From NCBI GenBank assembly GCA_964019335.1, contig OZ025668.1, positions 1 through 64,000 of the forward strand: a DNA stretch of 64,000 nt, written 5' to 3'. The notes under the pieces were generated by a model. That model was not told the origin of the DNA. It saw only the letters and a program-made list of their open reading frames with translations, and searched no databases. The translations under genes were made by a program, and so were the position numbers. This document shows, piece by piece, positions 35,472 through 46,742 of the stretch. How positions within the stretch are numbered: the first letter of the stretch is position 1; each line of letters starts with the position of its first letter. The DNA is from Diplonema japonicum (Eukaryota > Protista > Euglenozoa: Diplonemea).

Positions 35472-35740
35472 AAGAGTTAAAGGAGGCCGGTGCTGGCGGC
35501 GCCCTGCACAAAAACTGTCTACTTGATTACAGGGGTGCACCTCGGCCTAGCTGTAGCTTCTTCTGCGTTCCGCGTCGTGTCTTTAATGCGTGCGGTGTGC
35601 AGATCAACCCTATGTCCCGGGTAACCAAGATTCTGCGCTAATGCAGTTTGCTGCCTGTTCCGCTCTTCCACTCAGGCGCTACCGGTGATGATAGCGAACA
35701 CATCTATGTACTTATATTTCCATGTTATCACCCCACCATC
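35472..35740 (-). mobile_element. SL-family SINE-like element, copy B; no SL, but a pyrimidine tract and AG at the SL junction
   Basis: Body matches copies A and D; minus strand reads TTTTTCTTTTTTATAAAAAG|ATGGTGG where copy A reads TTTATTG|ATGGTGG. Confidence 0.85.
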
Positions 35741-36789
35741 TTTTTATAAAAAAGAAAAATATAAAAATAAAAAATAAAAAAAGGTTTACCCGGAACGAAC
35801 AGCCTCAGTCCCTTATGCGGTGTCACAAAAAAAAAAAGGTTTTTGTTATTTAAGCAGGTATGAAAAAAAAAAAGGAAAAAAGCAAAGAAAAGTAAAGAAA
35901 AAAGAAAAAGAAACATATCTAACCGTTTATACCTCCGCCGGAGAGTTCGATAGAAGACCACATTATTGAACAAGCTCACTCGCACAAACGTAAAGAAAGA
36001 GCGCAAGCTGGTGCGAAAAAAACGTATCTTTTTTGACGCGGGGGGGGAGGGGGGTTCACAGCAGTTATCTTCTTGAATGAAACGGTATTTTTCTTTTTTT
36101 TTTTCTCTTCTTTTTTCTTTCTTTTCTTTCGCTCTCCTTTTTCTTTTCTTTGCCCCCTTCTTCTTTTTTTTCTCTTTATCTATTTCTTTTTTTTTTGCAA
36201 TTTACTATATTCTTTGTTGTTGAAAAATTACCAACCATAAGAATGATGGAGGGAATGGGAGGGATGAGAGAGGAGAAAAGGGAGAAGGAAGAAAAAAACA
36301 ATAGACCGTTATCCTAACGTCGGCTATGTAACTCTCTTTCTCCCAAAACAAAAGGTTCTTCTTTAAGAAATTCTAACATCCCCCCTTTAAAAAAAAGCAA
36401 ATAAACTGGGAATTAATATTGTCTCCGCGTGCCGCCGGTGGGGGGGAAAAAAAAGAAGAAGAAGAAGAAAACAAAAACAAAAAAAAAGAGAAGAAAAAAA
36501 AAGAGGAAGAAAAGATTTGGAAGAAAAAGAAAATGTTTAAAAAAACACCTTCCTTTCTCTTCTCTTCTTTTTTTTTTTTTTTTAAAATTTTGTTTTCCCT
36601 TTTTTTTTTCTCGTTTTTCTTTTTTTTTTTTTTTTTTCCCCTCTTCTTTTTGACACACAATGTGCTGAAGGCTCATTTAAAGGGTAAAAGAAAAAGGAAA
36701 AAAAAAAGGAAAAAAAAAAACGCGCATTGCGCACACGAAGGCTATTGGTGTGTGTGGATCTTTTTTTCTTATAAATAGCTATTTATTAT

Positions 36790-37650
36790 GTGAAAATAAG
36801 ATAGCATTATTTCACGCGTGGTGGCAGGGGGTTTAACGAGTAGGGATCTTAGTTCACGAACCCGTGAAATGAACTAATATCCTGTTTACTTCACTCGCTG
36901 CGCTCGTGAAGTAAAAAGCTACGAGTTAAACCTGCCACCACAAGTGGAATAATGCTCTTATTTTCACTAATAGGTTGTTTTATTTAACAAGAGCCGGGTT
37001 TGAAAAGGTGGGAGGTTACAGGGTTACAACAGGTGAAAAGTGGGATTTGGGTTACCAGCGTGTCGTCGCTAAATTTCAGTTGTGCGACTCTGTCCTCATC
37101 CCGCTTGCAAACATGCAAGCTGCATATGCCTCACACCTCATTGCCTTCTTCAAAGCGCTTCAAAAGAAGTGCAATCCTGGGAAAGCTCTGCATCTTTTAC
37201 CAAAGTTTCGTTGGATGATGGCGTTGATCTTGCTGTAACTTGCCCAAATTGTCCTTCATATCTTGGAAATACAATACCAACTCGTCTTCGTCAGGCTTTT
37301 CGATCTTGTTGTTCTGAAGTTGTGAAAGGGCAAAAGCGGTGCCACTCTGCTTCGTAAGTGCTGGTGCTTTTCATGGCAAGCTGGCGTTCATGATCTTCGA
37401 CGCCTCTGCCTTTGCACCCTTCACCTTTTTGCCCATTGCCTTCGGCTTCCGTCCCATCGTAAAAATAGGTGAAATAGGTGAATTAGGCCCAGGAGTGAAA
37501 TAATGTTATATTATTTCACGCTCGAACATTTTTTCACTCCTGGGCCTAATTCAAGGTAAACTGGGAGTGAAAATAAAGCTGGGAGTGACATAATGTAAAA
37601 TCTTATTTTCACTCCCACCCTTGAAAACCCGGCTCGAGTTATATAAAAAA
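36790..37650 (-). mobile_element. Decayed Crypton-like tyrosine-recombinase DNA transposon
   Basis: Frameshifted remnant 37457 to about 37060: SLP.KSTSTYEAEWHRF..EDELVLYFQDM..YSKINA..FPRIALLLKRFEEG..GMR.E..QLKFSD. Nested inverted repeats: 36790/36967, a perfect 20-bp AATTAGGCCCAGGAGTGAAA pair at 37481/37551, and 36976/37650; CACTCGCTGCGCTCGTG hairpin. Confidence 0.75.
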
Positions 37651-37880
37651 AAATAAAAAAATCTCCGTATCGACTTTGAAGCTCTTGGTCTGTATTCTTT
37701 CGGGATGTTGACTGCACAAACCCGAGTTGAGAAAAGTGACATGAAAAAAACCATAAGGCACGTTGCAGCGCTTCAGAAAATTCAGCCACCACTATATCAA
37801 GAGATCTTTCTGAGCCGGTGAAGCAACACGTGTGTAAGGAATAGTTACGCTTTGTATTCGGCTTTTTCTTCAGGAACTCC

Positions 37881-37935
37881 AGGGGAGGGGAGGGGAGGGG
37901 AGGGGAGGGGAGGGGAGGGGAGGGGAGGGGAGGGG
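37881..37935 (+). repeat. (AGGGG)11 pentamer run, G-quadruplex-prone
   Basis: Direct reading of the sequence. Confidence 0.9.
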
Positions 37936-38651
37936 TTACTCCTGTCCCTCTACATTCTGCACTGGGAGACAACAAGGCAGGGCAAGGAAAGGAAGAGGAG
38001 CAAAAGGCATTTTGTCAACTCTCTCATTTCTGCCCATGTCCTCTCCTTTGCTAGTGACAGTTCAAAGAGGTAGTCAGGGATGTTTTCCTGTGGAAAAGAA
38101 GAGGGGGGGGAAAAGGCGTCCTGAGGGACACGCGCCTGTCTGTCATCTTCAAAAAAAAAAAAAAAAAAAAGTGCTAGAGAATGTTAAAAAAAGTAAAAAA
38201 GGAGATTACGGTCATGAAGAAAAAAAAAAAAAAAGAAAACAAGAACAAAAAATTCACTATGATGAGGGAGAAGTGTTTTAGAGCAACAGCCTATATACGA
38301 CCTATTATCATTTTTATTCCCCCTTCTTTATTCAAATCAACAAAACAAAAACGCGCCTTTCTTCCTCATTTCTTTTTGCCTGAAAGAGTTTCAAAAAGAA
38401 AACAGAAGGTGGGGGGGGGGGGGGGGGGGGTAATTGGATTCCAACTCATCGCTCTTCTTTTCTTCTTCTCTTTTTCCTTCGCACCGAGGGGCTGTAATGG
38501 TTTGCTTCTGTTATCACCAACGAATCATGATTTTGTGTTGAGATGGGAGGAAAAAAAAAAAGAAGAATGGAGGGTTTCTTCTTTTTTATTTTTCCCACTT
38601 TTTAATAATTCGAAGTACTCTACCCCTCCCTCCTCTTTCTCTGTTCTTTTT

Positions 38652-38851
38652 NNNNNNNNNNNNNNNNNNNNNNNNNNNNNNNNNNNNNNNNNNNNNNNNN
38701 NNNNNNNNNNNNNNNNNNNNNNNNNNNNNNNNNNNNNNNNNNNNNNNNNNNNNNNNNNNNNNNNNNNNNNNNNNNNNNNNNNNNNNNNNNNNNNNNNNNN
38801 NNNNNNNNNNNNNNNNNNNNNNNNNNNNNNNNNNNNNNNNNNNNNNNNNNN
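38652..38851. other. Assembly gap (200 N)
   Basis: Run of n characters. Confidence 1.
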
Positions 38852-39905
38852 GTTAATTTGAGTTTCTCAAATTAAAAAAAAAAAGTCGAAAAAAAAAAAA
38901 TCATAACAACTCTTTTTTTTTTTTTCTTTTTTTTTTTTTTCTTCCTTCTTTTTTTTTTTTTTCTTTTTTGAAAAGGCCAACCGAATACTCATTCATGACA
39001 CCGAGGAGTTCTACAACTGCTTCTGCAACTTGTGTAACAAAGATGATATGAACCTTCCCTTCCCACCCAACGAATGAAGTTTCCGTCGTCCCAGGGGGAT
39101 GACGAGTATTGACTTTTGAATGTATTTTATTATTTTAAAATTTAATGAAAATATATTCGGCAGCCCTCATTCTTCTTCCAATCACAAAAAATCTTCCTAA
39201 AGGCAAGCTGACAAAGACGCCCAGCGACCCTTCGTTAAGGCTCGTTCTCTCTTTTCTTTTTTTTCCTTCTTTCTTTTTTCGAGAAAATAGTAGGTTCTTT
39301 TTTTTTTCTTTTTTTCTTTCTTTTTCTTCTTTTCATTCTCCTGGTTTTCTGCAAAAAAAAAAAATTATTTTTTATTTAGTATACTACGTACCGAAAAAGA
39401 GAAAAGGAAGGAAATAAAAAAAAAAAAGAAACACAGACCACGATGTGGGTGCTCGAAAGGGAAAGACAGGTGAGAAAGGTAAATAATAGAGGGGAGAGAG
39501 GGCTCAAGAAAAATAGAGAGAAAAAAATCGACTACTCGCATCGAGAGTATCATAAAGGAAGAAAACTCATCGCACTTTCACTTTTTCTTTTTTTTTTTTT
39601 TGTTTCAGGATTTTCTTTGCTTCATTTCTTTTTTCTTTTTTTTTTTCCCCCTTCTTTGTTCAACTTTAACTTTTTCTCCTCTCAATACAAAAAAAAAAAG
39701 AAATTCAATAATGATCAAAGTGCAAAATAAAGAAAAAAAAAAAGAGAAAGATAAAGGAGAAGAGAAAAAAAAGGGCCGCTGCCTTTCACACAGTACAAGC
39801 CACAAGCTATCAACAAATAAAAAAAAAGAATAAAGCTCATTCAGCTGTCTCGGTAATTGAGCAACGGGCAACCAAGGAGAGGAAAAAGGAGAAAGCCAAA
39901 GGTTG

Positions 39906-41020
39906 CTAATAATGGTGTACGCAGCTGGTGCAGGTGCTCTCGCATAATTCAGCGGCATGAGCCGGATAGTGGGAGAACCTGTAGTACCCCTCATCATTGA
40001 CAGCGAGAACTCTGCGGCCATTGGGCTCCCAGCCGGGGGGCAGCCATGCCTCCATCTCGTCCTCCTCCTTAGGCTGGCTGCCGCTGCGGTACAAGTGCAG
40101 TGCCTTGCACCTCCCCTTGCATGTCCCGTTGTAGAAGTCCTCACACTTCTGCAAGTGAAAGTGGAAAAGAACGTAAACCATACCTCGTGGTACCTCTTCA
40201 GGTCCGTGAGCCAGTCCTTCCCACACACCAGGCACCGCAGGGGATCCAGGTTTGAAGACTTCTTTTTCCCCTTCTTCATGAGCCGCCACTGGTTGTGCTT
40301 ACACGGCCTGTCCTTCCTTGCCTTCGAGGGGTCCTTCACAATTTCCTCCTTGTCCCTATCCTTATCATTCTCAGGGGAGCATGGTCCCGAGCAAGGGAGA
40401 GACGACACGCTGATGGTGATAGGGGTTAGGATACCTGGAGTGCTTGTCAAGGCAGAGCAGGCAGGAGTGCTCAGGGTAGAGGTGGGTGTGTTGGAGACGG
40501 CAGAGACGGCAGGTGTTGCATTGATGGCCGGGGTGCCTGAGGTCATTGCTGGGGTGACGCTGAGGGTCGAACATGTAGGAGTTGCGGTGATGAGTGACTG
40601 GGAGGGCGAACCTGGCGGCTGCAGGGCCATGGGTGTAAGGCTGCCTGAGAAGCTGGCTCGCATCGCCTGATGGTCAGGTGTGCTGAGGTCAGAGCTGCTT
40701 ATTGCCTGCTGGAAGTCAGACTCCGAACTCAGCACAGACAGCTTGCGTATGTCATCGCTCATGGCAGACACCAGAGAGCTGACACGCGTGATGTGGCACT
40801 TGGCAGGCAGCGGCAAGAGCTCAGCGTCATGCTGCTGCGGCTGCTCGCTGGCTCCAGAAGGCGAAGCTGGGCACGAGGCCACACTTACCGCCATCGGTAA
40901 ATCATAAAAGTGCTGCGGATGGTAGAGCTGTGGGTGGAGCTGCGGTACCTGCTGGCTCTGAAAGATTGGGTTGTGGGGGACTTGGTTCTGAGGGACCTGG
41001 CCCTGGACTTGGGGTATCAT
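39906..41020 (-). CDS. Q/S/T/P-rich protein with C-terminal Zn-binding cluster (CxH..CxxC plus CCCH-like); intron 40149-40183
   Basis: A 35-nt intron gives CKHNQW..LRCLVCGKDW..E|KCEDFYNGTCKGRCKALH. Confidence 0.8.
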
Positions 41021-41370
41021 ATTTATTTGTTGTGCTTACCTTTGTTGTCATACACTGTGAATGCTAACTATAATATTAAACTTCTCTTTTTCTTTTTTTC
41101 TTTGAGGGCCTTGCCACAAACTAGAACACATAAGTTGCGGACATGTATGATGACGCCACAGTGAAGGAGACAACACAATACAAGCCGTCCATGTGGTACG
41201 TTTTGTTCTCTTCGCGTGCACACACGGCTTTGAAGGACTGCTGATCGGAAGCACACTCCATGCGTGCAATGGAAAGACGGAGGTACACTTATGACACGAA
41301 ACATGATTTCGGAACAGAGGGACGGAACTAGGGTGCCTTGAGGCAACATGACGACCATCGGCGGACCTAG

Positions 41371-43270
41371 CTAGCCCATGATGGTCTGCTGGAACAGTAA
41401 TCCGACCTGTGGGTGCATGGTGTGGGGTGCATGGTGAATCTTCTTATCCATACCGTTGTCAAGCCGTAGATGAGGATGAATGCCTTGCCAATGACGTCTA
41501 AGGTGTCAATTCTGCAAAGGTGGTACGCTGTACGGAAATACATACTTGCTGCCTTCGCTCTTCTTGATCCAGAAGTGGATTGACAGGGGGAGGAAGTAGA
41601 TCCAGACAAGCCCGCACACACCACCCCCAATGGAGCAGATAGACCCTACCCCGATTCCAAAGGCAGCTGGCAGGGTAGCAATGATGATAATGAAGAAGCC
41701 AGATACCTATTGTGGTGGAATAAGTGCAATGATTGCATACCGCGGAGAACAGAGCACCTTGTTGATTAAAGAAGATCTTCACTTGAGACCTGCAGATGAA
41801 CACCAGCAACGGGTACACCATGCAGTTCTGCATCACAACGCAGATCCTCGCGACCAAAGCGTAGTAGTCATCATGAGGGAACATGTCGCTGTCGAGGAAG
41901 TTCTGGCTGACATTGCAGTAGCGGTAGCCCAGAAGGCTGGTGAGACCGGGCATGAGATAGCACAGGGCCGTGCCCGAGTAGCCGAGAATCATGTCGCGGC
42001 CTTCAGAAGCCTTGTTGGAGGCGGTGCTCAGGATGGGGCAGATCAGGTTGTGCAAGAAAAACGACAGGCACAAAACAGCCGCGAACTTCGGCCACGTGCT
42101 AGAGTACATCGAAAGGTTGTCAACACCCTCGTCTTCGGATCCATCTGTTCCGCACGAGCGATCACCAATGTGGTTGATGGACTTGACAATGATGAACGAC
42201 ATGTTGAACAGCACAAAGAAGATGGCAAACGTTGACATCTTGAACAGGGGGTCCAAGTTCTTAATGAACGAAATCAAGAACTGCAACCCTGCAAGAAGAA
42301 AGGCCACGGTTGTCTTGTTGATCCAACCGGGAGCGCTGGGGGAGAAGCAGCCTGTGATGCTCTGTGTCGCGTAGATGTGGTAGCTCATGAGCGCAACCAC
42401 AAGCACCAGTGTGCTGGTCCATGTTGAGATGGCCTCCACAAGCGGGGACATCTGTTTGATGATCTTAAAGTAGTCCGACTCGCCCAAGTGTCGGGACTGC
42501 TTATATATCATTCTGCATGTGTAGAGAGAAACAAAGAACCCGCCGAAGAAGACCACCAAGCTCATCAAAAACCCCGCCTGAGCGAAGGCCCAAGGCAGCG
42601 ATAGCATTGTGCTACCGCACATTGTCGTCCAGATTGTGAATATGATAGACAGCGAGCCTCCGCCTCTTGCCGCGCCTTCCTCCAAGGGGTTCCTAAAAAA
42701 CGACGACAGCCACACAATCTGATATTGCACAGCGTCTTCCAAGCTGACGAATCCTTCATGGGCACCTATAGGCTGGTCAAGTAGATGGTCAAAAGCACCT
42801 GCCTGGCTCTCTGTTTCTCCGATCTGTCTGGCGTTCTTAACGATCGCCTCGTAGTATGCTTTTCTGTGGAACTGCGGATGGCTCCTTGACATTAGCATGG
42901 GTGTGGGGTCGTTCACACTCAAACTCGGATCAGGCCCTGGCGAAGGTGTCGGAGACGGGGCTGATTCTCTACCACCCTCCCTCCCGGGTGAGGATGGCGT
43001 GTTTTTCAAGGAACTGGTACTGGGCTGCTTTGTCAACACAACCTTTCCATGCAGAGCAGCATTCGGACTCTTTGTGAACCCGCCTGTAGGCGGACTTCGG
43101 CTATAACTGTACGACCCATAAGACCCGGCGCCCAGGCTACCAGAAGAAGGCATCCTGTTAGCATGCGGCACGGGTACAGGCATTCCTTTACTCCTCTCAC
43201 AAGGGGATGCAGGCGTCCCCGGACAGGAGTCCCCCCCTCCATTGTCGACTAACTTCGTTTTCTCGGACAT
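41371..43270 (-). CDS. SLC38A9-like amino acid transporter (AAAP family); introns 41707-41740, 41512-41545, 41407-41453
   Basis: IFTIWTTMCGSTMLSLPWAFAQAGF, SFFLHN, multiple TM helices; three GTATG..AG introns restore the C-terminal TM segments. Confidence 0.85.
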
Positions 43271-43356
43271 CTATCTGTTGGTGGGTGGTGAAGCAAGGAA
43301 GGTTGAAAAAGCAAAAAAAGGAAAATGTACATTCTGTTCACGTGTAAGGATACTTT

Positions 43357-44221
43357 CTAAACCACTTTCAAGGTATCGGATGTCAAACCCTTGATGCCGA
43401 GAGAGGGGATTTGCACGAATATCTGTTGTTTAAAAATCGACTTATTGGCACGATGATACCTTTAGGTTGATGGACTTCACAACGCCCTTAGCCCCGTTGA
43501 GAGTCTTGTCCAGCGACATGCCGTGAATCTCGACCTCGGACCCTCGTTCTATGGGGGCGTCTGTGGGTGCCTTTAGGTTGTACAAGGGGATCATTTTGAT
43601 AGTAGAGTCTTCGAGTCGCACGACGACTGACTCCTGCGTGCTCTTGATGACACCTTTCTGACCGTTGAGGGACGTGTCGATAAGCATGTTGTGCACCTCC
43701 ACAGTAGTGCCTGGCTTATAGAGCGAAGAATGTTTCTTTTCACTGTCGTCATAAAGCGGAATTAAGTTGTTTGAATGCAGCGCGCGGTGCCCTGAAGGCA
43801 GGGACACAAACACTTTTGTTACAAACTCTAACACCTTCCCACGCTTGTCATTCGCCGCCTTGTCCAAAGTCATCCCCACGACCTGGACCGCGTCACCTAC
43901 CTCTAAGCACTGCTTGTTCGCCACACTCCTAATGTTTGCCACCGCTATGTGTCGTATCCCACCCTCATCCAATTTCAGTACCACCTCGTCTTGCCGGCCA
44001 ACTACCTTCCCGACCTCACCATTCAGCGCCGTATCTACAAGCATCCCATGCACCTCAACCTCCGCCCCCTTTGCGAACACAGCCTTCTTCTTCTCCACCA
44101 CTTCTTGGAAGTGCCTTAGCAAAAACGTCGACACGTCGTCAGGTTGCTCTTTCAGCAGCTTTGACACCGCCTCGTCTATGAGGTCGGGGACTCCCTTCGC
44201 CCTTAGGTACTCCACAGCCAT
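43357..44221 (-). CDS. RIIa/Dpy-30-type dimerisation-docking domain + four SH3/KOW-like repeats; intron 43423-43459
   Basis: EYLRAKGVPDLIDEAVSKLLKEQPDD; repeated G..VEVHGM..D..LNG..G.V units. Confidence 0.8.
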
Positions 44222-44507
44222 ACTCCTCTGTGTTGTCGTAGGGGGCTTACATAGCAATAATAAATGGTTCTTTGTACGTATTCTTCTAAAAGGAAGAAGA
44301 AGAATAGAACTACACTGAAAAGGAAATCAAGAACGGAGAAAGCACAAAGAAACAGGGTACAGGGGAGAGCTATGCCGTGGCCAACGCGGCATGGAGAAGA
44401 TCTTCTACAATCAAGGAGACGGAAAGAAAATTGCGGAATATGTTTTTATCAAATAAGGAGATACTCACTCGCAGTACGTGGGGAGGAAGGTGTTGCATCA
44501 TGGGTGC

Positions 44508-45182
44508 TCACGGCTGGATCGACTTAGGGCCTATGGAGTCAGCGTTTGTGTAGATCTCCTGCATAGACCTGGTGAGGGAACCCTGGAGCTTCAAAGGGTG
44601 GTTGTAGAACAGGTACATGACGGACATCCAGATGAGGGAACCGAACAGTTTGTAGTTCTGCGCAGTCTGCTGAGGGCCGGGGACAAGGTCCATCTTCTCG
44701 GCTTGCAGCTTGGCAGTACCGAAAAGGATCCTGCTCAACAGGTATAAATTAATCTGCACCACAATGGGGTCGTTTGTCCCCCAAATAACAGACCCACCCA
44801 GCAGCCCTGCCACAGCGGAGTGCCAAGCCATGGCTTTCCCGCTCGCCCTCCTCAGAAGCGCCATCAAAATCTTAAAGATGAATGCAAACGACCCCAGGTT
44901 CTTCGCGTGCGACCACGAGTTATCCAACATTGTCTTGATCTTCTTCGGCCATGACTTCTCCTTCGAGAACAGAATAGCCATCACAAGTGAGTGTGCAAAC
45001 CTGATTCTCGCCCCGTAGAAGGCTCCATTCCTCGCGCCCTTCAGGATCTGGACGATGTCTGTCCAATCCCCAGATAAGACGGGCTCGAAGTCCAGTACTG
45101 GCAGTGGCTGCCTGTTCAGAGCACCATAAACCAGGACCCCCTTGAGGATGGTCTCCTTGTTCATCAAGACGTCGAGCGACAT
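44508..45182 (-). CDS. PXMP4: Peroxisomal membrane protein 4 (PXMP4/Pmp24, Tim17 superfamily)
   Basis: RNGAFYGARIRFAHSLVM, HAKNLGSFAFIFK, QINLYLLSRI, LQGSLTRSMQEIY. Confidence 0.88.
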   Translation of the reverse strand: MSLDVLMNKETILKGVLVYGALNRQPLPVLDFEPVLSGDWTDIVQILKGARNGAFYGARIRFAHSLVMAILFSKEKSWPKKIKTMLDNSWSHAKNLGSFAFIFKILMALLRRASGKAMAWHSAVAGLLGGSVIWGTNDPIVVQINLYLLSRILFGTAKLQAEKMDLVPGPQQTAQNYKLFGSLIWMSVMYLFYNHPLKLQGSLTRSMQEIYTNADSIGPKSIQP

Positions 45183-45242
45183 GGTTGATCTGAGTGATGT
45201 GGTTAGCTGCAAAGATGGCAAAGAACAATAATAACTTCTAAT

Positions 45243-46694
45243 CTATCCCTGTCGTGTTGCAAGCAGGGTGTCTAGATATTCTAGCTTAGTCTTTCGCTCG
45301 GCCTGTTCGGCCAGCAAGCGCTGCCTCTCAGCAAGGATCATCTCGTAGCTGGGGGCGTCTTGCCTGTCGGACTTACTGGGTGAGGGTGCTGTGGGAGGTG
45401 CTGGGCTACTGCTCACGTTGAGAAACGACGTGTCGTCTTTATCCTTGTTGGGCGGTGTGTGCTCCTGCGAGTGTTGTCCATCGCTTCCGTGAGCAGGCAG
45501 CTTGGTTGGTGTCGTGAAGGCATCGAAGTCCCCTGACTGGTTCACACTGTTCATCATCAGAAGTTTGCTCCTCAGCTGGCTCTTGGTCTCTTCACCAAGC
45601 TTCGGGGACACAGTGTGTGGATCGGGATTGTTGTCGATGTATCTATCTACCTCGCGCTTCATAAGCTTGCTCTGTTGCATAAGCTGCCTCAGATACTCGT
45701 CTCTCTCCGAGACCTGCGGGCTTATTCCCTCCTTGGGAAAGACTTCTGTGCCCGTCTTATACTCTTCCAAAAGGTCTGCCATCGAGATCTTCTTGTGGAC
45801 AACGGACTCAGGTGTCTTCTGCCTTGTAGGTGTACATTTCTTCGGTGGTGTATGGTAAGGGAACAGCTGCACCTTCGGCGACGTGCTCCTCACGCTGTGG
45901 TGGGCTGGTGAAGAGCTCCTTACTCCCTGCTGCCGAACTGGCGATGGCTGTCTAGATGGAGAACGCGATCTGGGGCCTAGAGATGGTGATAGTGCCCCAT
46001 GTGTACCTGATGAATCCCTCTTGAGAGACGAGGAGCGTGTTTGCCGGACATGCACTGGGGTGCCGGAAGGCGAACGGGAACGCGACCGTGATGGGGGCGA
46101 CCCGAAAGGGCGAGGAGACACAAGGCTGGGTGTGGGCATTAGCCTTTTATTATGTGTAGGGTGCAAGGGATCAGGTGGAGGTGGCGCAGAGTGCACCATG
46201 TGGCGCACAGGTGGCGTGGTCTGTGGCGTTCTCCGCAGCCTCACAGGATGAGCAAGCAGTTGAGACATGTTGGCAGTGCTTACACTGCGGTTGTTGCACT
46301 TGGGCACCAGCAATGGTGATAAGCCCCTCTTCTGCATGCCAGATCCCACTTCTGCTGCCGTTCCATATCCCGGGGCGGCTTTTGATGAATACAGACGACC
46401 GGTGAAGTTGATTTTCTTCTGCTGCGGCTCTGCCCGCAGTGGCACAGGCATGGGCTGTATGGGGGACATGCTTCTGCTTCTGTTTCTGCTGCTGCTCCTT
46501 GGGTGCCCAAAGTTGGTTGTGGCCTCTTGCAGCTCGTTAATGCGCATCTCAGGAGATGATCTATACCGCTGTTCGCTGATCCTGCTCAAAGAGGGCCTGT
46601 CACCTAAGATGCGTGACAAGTTTTCTATCTGAGCCTGCAGCTGTAACTCCACCTTTTCCTCGCCGCCCGTCCAGGCATCGCCATGCTGGTACAT
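45243..46694 (-). CDS. S/P/R-rich low-complexity protein with terminal coiled coils (483 aa)
   Basis: Long ORF on the gene strand; CAG acceptor 5 nt before the ATG. Confidence 0.8.
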   Translation of the reverse strand: MYQHGDAWTGGEEKVELQLQAQIENLSRILGDRPSLSRISEQRYRSSPEMRINELQEATTNFGHPRSSSRNRSRSMSPIQPMPVPLRAEPQQKKINFTGRLYSSKAAPGYGTAAEVGSGMQKRGLSPLLVPKCNNRSVSTANMSQLLAHPVRLRRTPQTTPPVRHMVHSAPPPPDPLHPTHNKRLMPTPSLVSPRPFGSPPSRSRSRSPSGTPVHVRQTRSSSLKRDSSGTHGALSPSLGPRSRSPSRQPSPVRQQGVRSSSPAHHSVRSTSPKVQLFPYHTPPKKCTPTRQKTPESVVHKKISMADLLEEYKTGTEVFPKEGISPQVSERDEYLRQLMQQSKLMKREVDRYIDNNPDPHTVSPKLGEETKSQLRSKLLMMNSVNQSGDFDAFTTPTKLPAHGSDGQHSQEHTPPNKDKDDTSFLNVSSSPAPPTAPSPSKSDRQDAPSYEMILAERQRLLAEQAERKTKLEYLDTLLATRQG

Positions 46695-46742
46695 CCTACC
46701 TGTGGTGGGTGAAGAGACACAAGGCTAAAGAAAGTAACGTAA

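Noticed and set aside
27000-39850. Numerous K/F-rich ORFs in the deserts, and antisense ORFs over genes
   Set aside because: Products of poly-A/poly-T runs or shadows of real minus-strand CDSs.
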